Shown here piece by piece: positions 1 to 9,333 of a stretch of 64,000 nucleotides of DNA (within the stretch, counting starts at the first letter, position 1; each line of letters starts with the position of its first letter). The DNA is taken from contig OZ237740.1 of assembly GCA_965178125.1 (NCBI GenBank), positions 620,001 to 684,000 of the forward strand, in the 5' to 3' direction. Under the pieces are notes generated by a model that saw only the letters and a program-made list of their open reading frames with translations, searched no databases and had not been told where the DNA came from. The position numbers were made by a program, and so were the translations under genes. Source of the stretch: Bilabrum cf. latius (Eukaryota).

Positions 1-2
1 CT

Positions 3-1301
3 CAGTTGCATCGGCCTGGCCCCGGCAGCATCATCATCAATGCGAGCAGAAGAGCAGCAGCCCCGATCATCGAGGTGATGTCCAGGCTTGCCCTTGTGGT
101 GGACATGGACTCGGTGTCGGCCCAAGCGGATAGCAAAGTCAGCGCAAGCCACGACGAAGCCCCGGGCCGCGGGCGCGGAACCGAAGCAGAGTTTGTGGCT
201 GCACTGGACGATACACTCGTAAACATTCAGCAATCGAGACACCACGGGCTGGTAGACCCGGACGATGTCCGATTCCGTGCGACCGCAGCGACTGCCTTCG
301 CCATCGCTCAAGCACTCGCAGCACCAGACACGACGGTGACATTTCAGCCCGGCCGCGCCCAAGGCATCTCTCAAGCAATGCGTAGGCGCCAGCAGGACTC
401 ATCGGCGCTCGGCTGGGAGCCCACCACTATGGATCTGGCGGTGTCAGCCTTCGTGTTTGTGGTGGTTCTCGCTGCAGCCCTTGAGGTGGCAGACATGGCA
501 AGCATGTCATCCAAGGAACAGGACTACGCAAAGAAGCTGTACGACAATGGGGGCGTCCCAGCCCTCGCGATTAGCGTGCTGAGCACGGCGTCCCTGGTCG
601 CGCTCTGCGTGCTTGTGTGCTCGGCGGTCTGGAGCGAGTACAGGATGAGCGTCAGCCGCCAGTTCGTCAAGCTGCTTGCAGAGAGGGCGGAAGGGGCCCC
701 GTTCGGGTGCGGGGAAGACGCTTCCTGGATGGCTTCCATGGGCAGGGGCCTGGTTTCTGCGGTGACAACGACGTTCGGCGGCAAGGACGCGTGCTAGAGG
801 TGGGCAGAGCTCATGACGACCGTGGATCTGAGGGATCACGTCGACTACGGATATGCTCTCGGGTAGGCGCTCGTGGGGCCGGCCGCCTCGGTGGCCGAGA
901 CGCTAGTGCAGGGGGTTGTGGGGGTGGCGCTGTCCGTGGGCTTCCAGGCGACTCTCGTGGTGTGCCTTCTGGCCCTGATTCTGACCCTCAGCCTCAGCAT
1001 CGTGGTGCGGTTCGCGGGGCCAGTGCTCATCTAGGGCCGGCAGGAGGTGATGCAGGGGTTTGTGAACTTGCAGCAGAGTCGAATTGCACACGCAGAGCAC
1101 CAGCAGCGCCAGAGGCCCCATATGGGGGCGGTGGCAGCAACCGGGGTGGCAGCCAGTTCGGGTCAGGAACAGAACGCTCTGCAAGCGGTTACCGATGGCC
1201 ATGCAGCTGGTCTCATCCTACCAGGGGGCGGACAAGGCACGGGTGGAGCGAGTGCTGGCGTGACACCAAGCAGCAACGGCGAAGATGATGCGGAGGATTG
1301 A
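3..1301 (+). CDS. Multi-pass membrane protein of unknown function, 5'-truncated by the window
   Basis: ORFs 6..797 and 1047..1301 share a frame, joined only by TAG at 795, 864 and 1032. Ends TGA 1299-1301. Several hydrophobic segments (LAVSAFVFVVVLAAAL, LAISVLSTASLVALCVLVCSAVW, TLVVCLLALILTLSLSIVV). Confidence 0.65.
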
Positions 1302-1415
1302 TGTTTGTGATGGGCACAGCTGTCACGCTGAGGACACCTAGAGATCGAGTCACGAACATGAAGGAACATTCGGTAGATAAGTGTCTTCCGCTGGCAAAGA
1401 GTAGATCTATGCGAC

Positions 1416-2768
1416 TTACTTGCGTTGGCGAGCCCGTGAACCCTTGCGAGACTTGATAGCACCTGTGCCACGCGAATCGCCCCGACCCCTCATGCGCACT
1501 GGGCCCTTGTTCTACATGTCTTTCGATACCTGACGACGCTTCTTCCTAGAGTGACTAGGGGGACCCGTACCTTTTGCAGGCTACAGCAAATCGCTCTCAC
1601 CCACTGACTCGCTCTGATCCTTTGACTCGTCTCTGTTGATGACCCCCCCTTTCTGACAGCCGTCCCCATGGGTATACCGCAGCACCACACCGACAATGAC
1701 CCCGACAACACCTGCAGCCACAGCCAGTGTCCACATCTGCATGTTTGATCCATACCTCCCCGCTTGCCCCGCTCCCACGTCATCCACTGCTTCCACCGGG
1801 GCCTTCCACACCTCGCACACATCACGCCCGCCACCGCAACCTTTCACATCCAGGTCAGCCAGAATCCCGCCCATGCCGCCCGCCGCCTCTCTCCACATCG
1901 ATGACACCTCTCCAGCCTCCATGCGCCCAAACATAGACATGCTGCCGTCAAACACGCGCTTCCTCCCACGCACCACCGGCAGCAATCGGCTGTCCACCAT
2001 CGCCGTCACGCCCGATGCCCGGGCTCCGGACTGCTCCAGCCCACAGCGCACATGGCGGGCGAAGGCCTGCGAGGCCGTCTCCGCATCGTCCACGTCAGTA
2101 ACACTGCTCCCATCCGCCCCAACCTCCACGCTCTCACCATCTCCGCCCTCTTCCCCGTCCACATCGCAATCGACAGGCAGATCGCACGACCTGCCCATAG
2201 ACGCATGCGCCCAGCGACAGCTCCGCACCGAGTCCTGAGGCACCTCCCACACAAGCACCACAGCCGCGTGCTGGCAGTGCCCGCTCGACCCGTCCACCAC
2301 ACTCCACAGCAGATCGTGCTCGGATCGAGCTGCGACAGTATCCCACGAGCCGTCCGCCAGGGGCGCCACCACACTGCCGAGGCCCGTGATGACCAGCAGC
2401 GACTTCTTCTGATCCGCAGCGGCATTCGCGCCGCAAATGGAGTTGATTTTGTCCATCCCTGCATCGCTCGATGCGTTGGCAATGACCACCTCTGCGAAGA
2501 GACCATCCAGTCGAGCATCCGGGTCCGTTTGCTCTCGATGCAGCTCCAGGTTTCGAGCCATTGCAAATGCAGTCATATGTTGAGCTGCATCAAAGGCCAG
2601 TGTGCCGAACGGAGATGGCAGGAATGCCATGGCAGGCGGAGCTTTACGTTCGGTAAGGGCAGCATTTCGGATCCCTTCAGCTAGCATGCCCGCGGCCGCG
2701 CCATCCGAAGCCGCGACAAGCTAGGCGCATACCACTATAACGCAAACAGATGTTTTAGCAAAGATCAT
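1416..2768 (-). CDS. Type-I membrane protein, paralog A (signal peptide, shared ~310-aa domain, TM helix, basic tail)
   Basis: With TAG=Q: ATG 2768 gives MIFAKTSVCVIVVCAQLVAASDG (TAG 2721), then ORF 1581..2687 with TM MWTLAVAAGVVGVIVGVVL. Reads through TAG 1581 and 1512 into a K/R-rich tail (…SRKGSRARQRK) and stops at TAA 1416-1418. Confidence 0.75.
1780..2730 (-). repeat. Copy A of a ~0.94-kb triplicated segment
   Basis: Near-identical (scattered substitutions only) to 4082..5027 in the same orientation and to 5271..6210 in inverted orientation. Confidence 0.95.
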
Positions 2769-3830
2769 AGTATTTTTTACTTTGCTGCTACCAGTGCCAT
2801 TCGAGCGTGAAAAACGGGCAATCGACAATATTCGGATATATTGGCCAATAGTAGGAACAACACACTACAAACGAATACACATCTGATACGCAAGAGCTGA
2901 TAGCGGCAACCAATGCGAACGCTCGGCTACAGCGACGGATGTTTAAGCCCCACGGCTTGCTAAGGGACATAGAGAGGCAATGGGCCAAAGGCATGAGCGC
3001 GTGCATGCTAGCCTCTCTGAAGGATCGTGAGACGCAGAGACGGTCATGGAGGAGGAAATGGTGGGTCCCGGCAGGGGACCCTGATGTGGGACTGGACCGC
3101 GCTTTGTGCCGGGCACATGCTCCGCACCTGTATGCTTTCTCCCTGTGAAGGCATCAGGCTGAGGGCTTGTGGGGGACCACATTGATGGCGAATAAAGGGG
3201 ACTCGGCGGTGTAGGCTGAGATTGGGGGGCCTTTGGCCTGAAAGGGTCGGGGGTCTTGTAGTCCTTGTTTGAGGACTCCTCTGGATTCAGGTGATCACTC
3301 GAACTCCTTCGGGGGCAACGGTGCATCTGGGTGCTTGTGGAATCTTTACCCAACAATGTATTTCTGTATTTCTGTATTTCTGATTTGGTATTCTGGCTCG
3401 CAAGCGTCAATGCGGTTCGTTAAGACTAGCCTCTGGCCAGAGGGGCAGAAAATAACAACCTTGACTCGATGGCAGTCGGTACTCAGGCAGTTTTGGACCA
3501 GAATACCGTCTGAAAATGGCATGTAAGACGGGTTGCCGGGCACTGGCGGCAGCCGGAATAGGGCCCGTGAATGCTGACGCCCACCAAGAGAATATGGGTA
3601 CGCAGGGTGGTGCGCTGGTAGTTTAAGCCTGGTAGGTCTCAGGCCTTCGTTCCAGATCATTTAGGCCTATTCCAGACAGGATCTGGAACACAAATGCTTC
3701 TAGACGATTCTGGGTGGATCAGAGAGAGTCACGGAGAACCAGTCTGGGCGATGGTTCACGGCGCAGTCTCGAAGGTGAAAATACTCTGTACCAGCGTCGA
3801 TACGACTTTTCACGAGGTATTGACTGAGAC

Positions 3831-3890
3831 TTGCATTGCAACTAGCTCCGAGAGGCCCCATTGCATTGCAACTAGCTCTGAGAGGCTCCA
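3831..3890. repeat. 30-bp tandem duplication
   Basis: ttgcattgcaactagctccgagaggcccca followed by ttgcattgcaactagctctgagaggctcca (2 mismatches). Confidence 0.85.
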
Positions 3891-3984
3891 TTCCATGACA
3901 CCGGCCAGTCCCTTCTTTACGTCGGATCCTCCACTATTCCGAGTCACCCCCCCCCCCCCCCCCCACCCACGGCACCCGACCCGG

Positions 3985-5070
3985 TCAATCGCCGCCGAAA
4001 GTTAGCAGTCCAACTACCATGAATACGGATGCAATAATGTAGTAGACCATAGAATCAGGTGTACCCGATTCCACTACGACATCATCCACTGCTTCCACCG
4101 GGGCCTTCCACACCTCGCACACATCACGCCCGCCGCCGCAACCTTTCACATCCAGGTCAGCCAGAATCCCGCCCATGCCGCCCGCCGCCTCTCTCCACAT
4201 CAATGACACCTCTCCAGCCTCCATGCGCCCAAACATAGACATGCTGCCGTCAAACACGCGCTTCCTCCCACGCACCACCGGCAGCAATCGGCTGTCCACC
4301 ATCGCCGTCACGCCCGATGCCCGGGCTCCGGACTGCTCCAGCCCACAGCGCACATGGCGGGCGAAGGCCTGCGAGGCCGTCTCCGCATCGTCCACGTCAG
4401 CAACACTGCTCCCATCCGCCCCAACCTCCACGCTCTCACCATCTCCGCCCTCTTCCCCGTCCACATCGCAATCGACAGGCAGATCGCACGACCTGCCCAT
4501 AGACGCATGCGCCCAGCGACAGCTCCGCACCGAGTCCTGAGGCACCTCCCACACAAGCACCACAGCCGCGTGCTGGCAGTGCCCGCTCGACCCGTCCACC
4601 ACACTCCACAGCAGATCGTGCTCGGATCGAGCTGCGACAGTATCCCACGAGCCGTCCGCCAGGGGCGCCACCACACTGCCGAGGCCCGTGATGACCAGCA
4701 GCGACTTCTTCTGATCCGCAGCGGCATTCGCGCCGCAAATGGAGTTGATTTTGTCCATCCCTGCATCGCTCGATGCGTTGGCAATGACCACCTCTGCGAA
4801 GAGACCATCCAGTCGAGCATCCGGGTCCGTTTGCTCTCGATGCAGCTCCAGGTTTCGAGCCATTGCAAATGCAGTCATATGTTGAGCTGTATCAAAGGCC
4901 AGTGTGCCGAACGGAGATGGCAGGAATGCCATGGCAGGCGGAGCTTTACCTTCAGTAAGGGCAGCCTTTCGGATCCCTTCAGCTAGCATGCCCGCGGCCG
5001 CGCCATCCGAAGCCGCGACAAGCTAGGAACACACAATTACAAAAGCAATGGTAGAACGAGTGACTTGCAT
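3985..5070 (-). CDS. Type-I membrane protein, paralog B (almost no cytosolic tail)
   Basis: ATG 5070 gives MQVTRSTIAFVIVCSQLVAASDG (TAG 5023), then ORF 3985..4989. C-terminal TM MVYYIIASVFMVVGLLTF then GGD; TGA 3985-3987. Confidence 0.75.
4082..5027 (-). repeat. Copy B of the triplicated segment; left arm of a long inverted repeat with copy C
   Basis: Direct comparison with 1780..2725 and with the reverse complement of 5276..6210. Confidence 0.95.
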
Positions 5071-5232
5071 GAATGCAGCTTGTATGAGACCATTGGTTCA
5101 AACCGTTCAATAATTGCACATTTTGTATGTGGCGTGTGATTTGAGATCCATTGGATAAATCAATTTGGATTCGTTCTTTTGGACCATTCATCCACTGATA
5201 GACTGCCTCGGTGCGCACTAAACACCTGACTA

Positions 5233-6555
5233 ATGCCTGTTTTATTTGCTGTCGGGTTTCTTGTGGCAGCATGCGCCTAGCTTGTCGCGGCTTCGGATGG
5301 CGCGGCCGCGGGCATGCTAGCTGAAGGGATCCGAAATGCTGCCCTTACCGAACGTAAAGCTCCGCCTGCCATGGCATTCCTGCCATCTCCGTTCGGCACA
5401 CTGGCCTTTGATGCAGCTCAACATATGACTGCATTTGCAATGGCTCGAAACCTGGAGCTGCATCGAGAGCAAACGGACCCGGATGCTCGACTGGATGATC
5501 TCTTCGCAGAGGTGGTCATTGCCAACGCATCGAGCGATGCAGGGATGGACAAAATCAACTCCATTTGCGGCGCGAATGCCGCTGCGGATCAGAAGAAGTC
5601 GCTGCTGGTCATCACGGGCCTCGGCAGTGTGGTGGCGCCCCTGGCGGACGGCTCGTGGGATACTGTCGCAGCTCGATCCGAGCACGATCTGCTGTGGAGT
5701 GTGGTGGACGGGTCGAGCGGGCACTGCCAGCACGCGGCTGTGGTGCTTGTGTGGGAGGTGCCTCAGGACTCGGTGCGGAGCTGTCGCTGGGCGCATGCGT
5801 CTATGGGCAGGTCGTGCGATCTGCCTGTCGATTGCGATGTGGACGGGGAAGAGGGCGGAGATGGTGAGAGCGTGGAGGTCGGGGCGGATGGGAGCAGTGT
5901 TGCTGACGTGGACGATGCGGAGACGGCCTCGCAGGCCTTCGCCCGCCATGTGCGCTGTGGGCTGGAGCAGTCCGGAGCCCGGGCATCGGGCGTGACGGCG
6001 ATGGTGGACAGCCGATTGCTGCCGGTGGTGCGTGGGAGGAAGCGCGTGTTTGACGGCAGCATGTCTATGTTTGGGCGCATGGAGGCTGGGGGGGTGTCAT
6101 TGATGTGGAGAGAGGCGGCGGGCGGCATGGGCGGGATTCTGGCTGACCTGGATGTGAAAGGTTGCGGTGGCGGGCGTGATGTGTGCGAGGTGTGGAAGGC
6201 CCCGGTGGAATCGGGCAAGTCGGTGGAACCTGGGTGGGCTGGAGCAAACTTGTTCTGGTACTTGGGACTACCTGCCGTAGTTTTTGTTGTTGTTTCTTGC
6301 CTGATATGGCTTGTTGCCACAAAGGTGGAACGCGAGGTAAAGCGACCGGCCGAGACCAATACCGACTAGGACTAGGGCAAGCCAGACCAGGACAACAGCA
6401 AGCTGGACCAGGACCAGCCAGACCAGGACTAGGGCAAGCCAGACTAGGACAACAGCAAGCCGGTTTAGGGCAAGCCGGACCAGGATCCGGACAGGCCTGA
6501 CCAGGAGGGGTCGGACCAGGGAGTAGCCGGACCAGGAAAAGGAGGCCGTATCTGA
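5233..6555 (+). CDS. Type-I membrane protein, paralog C (acidic DQ-repeat tail)
   Basis: ATG 5233 gives MPVLFAVGFLVAACAQLVAASDG (TAG 5278), then ORF 5314..6369 with TM LFWYLGLPAVVFVVVSCLIWLVA. Reads through five TAGs in a DQDQGKPDQDNSK repeat; TGA 6553-6555. Confidence 0.75.
5271..6210 (+). repeat. Copy C of the triplicated segment; right arm of the inverted repeat
   Basis: Reverse complement of copies A and B; identity stops after ...ccggtggaa (KAPVE). Confidence 0.95.
6364..6520 (+). repeat. Coding degenerate tandem repeat (gac yag gac yag ggc aag cca / gac yag gac aac agc aag)
   Basis: Repeated units in which CAG and TAG occupy equivalent positions. Confidence 0.85.
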
Positions 6556-6951
6556 TCCCATTAGCCAGGGTTTACGACTAATGAGCTGATTCAGCTCAAT
6601 TAAGGCCTCGCTTTTTTGTTGTGGTTGGCGGGATCTGTGGCCACTTACAGTGAAGCCTAGTGTCGGCCAAGTGTCGTGCATACCTCTCACTATCCATGCA
6701 CGTGAAGTCTAGTTTAAACCCAGGCATTCTTCTATTATTATGTTATATGCCTAGATCACACCATACCAGGCCGCCAGGGCCATCTGCGCCAGGCCCCCGT
6801 AGCCGCCGCGACCGCCCAGGCGTTGTGAAAACAGAACGCTACAATATCTTCTGAAATGCGAATTGCCAATAATTTCAGTCACCGCTGGCGCCCTTATACT
6901 CGTTGCCACGCACTGCATTTCACCGATTGGCAGATTAAGTACACGATAGCT

Positions 6952-8757
6952 ATGAATCGCGTCGTTTTTACTTCATGTGTCATAGTCATGTGTTCGGTTC
7001 CAGTTTTATGCGAAAAGTCCTGGTTATTCAATTGGAACTAGTACGCCGATTCTAGCTCACCTGTCATGTCTCCGTAGGACATGCAGCAGCCACATGGGTG
7101 CGAAAATGTGAATTGCGATTGTAAGCCCAACGTCGACATGAAGCAGGTCAGGTAGATGGTCAAGACTGCCGTCAAGTGCCAAGATCCGGTCATCGACAAC
7201 CTGCTGAAGCGCGTGGAGGACTACGCTTCGAACGAGCACGGGAGCACAGCAGTGATGTTTGGCATGACGGGCACCGGAAAAACGTTTCTGGCTGAAACGC
7301 TGGGTCGCGCCTTGTTCTCGCATGCGCAGGTAGCTCAGTCGTGGATTCCATTCAAGTCTGCTGCAATGGCAGCGTGCTGCGCCCGCAAGAATAGCATCCA
7401 AGAGATGATGGATGTGCGCGGGTCTTGCGTCTTTCAGGTCACTGCAGCGGACATGAACAGCCAGACGACGAGGCAGCAGGCCCTGAGCAAGCTGGCGGAC
7501 TTCGAGCGAGCACACAGCCGTGGCATTGTGTTGCTTGACGAGGTGAACTTTTGGCATGACTTCCAGGACATCACGGGCGTGCTGCTCCCGCGCCTTAAGA
7601 ATCCCGGGAGGCGTCTTGTGATTTCCGGGGCGAACCTCCCAGAGAGCAGCCAGCTGAATGCAGCCATCGCTCCGATGATGGCGTCGGAGCAGTACGAGCA
7701 ATTCTTGACCGATTTCCCGGAGGCAACGGCGTGGTGCGAGCATCAGAGCGACAGTGATAGAATCCGCGCGGCGAAGAACAAGCCCACGGTACTGCATAAG
7801 CTCTGCGACCCGAACTTTGCCTCTGCGAGCCATGTGCGTGATTCGAAACGTGACATGCTGAACTACCTCATCGAGACCGAAGCAACAGTCGTGCTGGCAA
7901 GCAAGAAACGCAGGGAGGTATGTATCGAAGGTACAGAAGAAGACTGGTGCAGTATTCAGGCGAATGTGGTGACTGCTGTTCAAAGCACGCTGCAGAACAT
8001 CGTGCGCATCATGCATGACGTCCCGTCCAGCATTGTGGTGATGATGCCCATCTCCTAGCAGTGCGCGCGAAAGGCAGTCAAGGACAAGGTGAAGCAGCAC
8101 GTGAACTGGCTCATGTCAGACCAGGTGGTGGGCGGGCCAATCTTCCACAAGGTGACGGTCAAGAAGCACGTGCTGGACGAGATCGCGGAGCACGTGATCG
8201 AGGATGCCACGTCCTCGCCAGACCTGTACCTGGCTATCAACGACCCAGAGGATCTCGAGGAGGACGAGCTGTCGCCGTGCTGGACGATCCAGGGGAAGAA
8301 CGGAAAGAACAAGAAGAAGAAGCGGAAGGGTGGGCTGCAGAAGAGGCTAGTGGTGTACAGTAACCTGCTCAAGTCTGGCCTTCGCAGGCTAGGCGACAAT
8401 GTGGCGAACGGCCTCCGCGTGCTGCTAGAGAGGAGCTCGCTGACCGGTCTGCCGAAACGCGGGCAGAATGCCATTGCAAAAGGCGACATCACGCTGCAAG
8501 ATCCCCATTCTGCCGCCGCGCTGAAGTGGTCCTTGACCTACGGCCCGAAGCTGCTCCGTCCCGGCAAGAAGCTGCTCCAATTCATGTCCAAGTGCAGAGA
8601 GTGGGCAGCTGGTAGCTCACATGAGAAGTGCTACCCCACGTGGGCGATGAATGCGGAGGTCCAGCTGGACAGGAACCACGAAGGAGAAATCATCGGTGTC
8701 AAGCTGGGGTAGATCGAGTAGTGGCACGGTGCAGCCGGTGGAAACGATGAGCTCTGA
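6952..8757 (+). CDS. Secretory-pathway AAA+ ATPase, torsin/ClpB-NBD2-like (601 aa with TAG=Q)
   Basis: One frame joins ORFs 6856..7041, 7156..8058 and 8089..8712 through TAG at 7039, 7075, 7153, 8056, 8710 and 8719. N-terminus MNRVVFTSCVIVMCSVPVLC is signal-peptide-like. Walker A GMTGTGKT, Walker B IVLLDEVN, sensor-1-like LVISGAN. C-terminus GGNDEL then TGA. Confidence 0.7.
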
Positions 8758-9333
8758 GACCTGAAGCGAATGCGAGCCGACCGGCCGTACTTATGGCAGA
8801 CGCTGGGATCTATCGTACTATTCAGTGCACTTAAGCGGTCCACACTAAGTCTTGGATGGTATATGGTGCCATGAGATCACGTTGTACACAGCACCCGATC
8901 CGAGTCCCTGATCCGAGTCACTCGTCACCCACACGCCCACACCTCAACCTGCCCCAGATCGCCTGCCCGGCGTGTGCCTCCCCCCTCAAATCCGCCATAT
9001 AAACTAGATTACCCCACCAATCATCTTCTCCTCCACTACTCCCTCGCCCGCTTGGTGAACCGTCACCCCTCTCTACTCCGCCCTCACCTCCCCCTCTTCG
9101 CCCAACCCTAGCCGCCGCTCGTGCTCTTCATCACTAGACTCTAACCTGGCCTCATTAGCCGCGCTCTCTCCTCCGCTTCGCTACGTCGCATCGAATCCTG
9201 CAACTCGAGCGGGTACTGCGCCCAACGCGCGATCTCAATCCCAGACACCTTGTTGGCCTCACCAACAATCCCGATCGAACTTCCAGTAGGGTGGGTTCTA
9301 CACAAAGTAAGATCTGGATGCACACCATATGAC

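Noticed and set aside
2790-3980. Gene between paralogs A and B
   Set aside because: The frames I checked are broken by TAA/TGA even with TAG=Q and show no motif. It may be a decayed remnant, but I cannot support a call.
1780-6210. Triplicated segment as LTR, TIR or split direct repeats of a transposon or endogenous virophage
   Set aside because: The repeats are coding cores of membrane proteins. No RT, integrase, tyrosine recombinase, transposase or capsid motifs nearby, and the adjacent ATPase has a signal peptide and NDEL rather than packaging-ATPase features.
8890-9140. C-rich skewed tract (and the poly-C run at ~3947-3964) as a telomeric or element boundary
   Set aside because: No regular telomeric unit. 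The only shared word (tccgagtcac) is too short to be significant.
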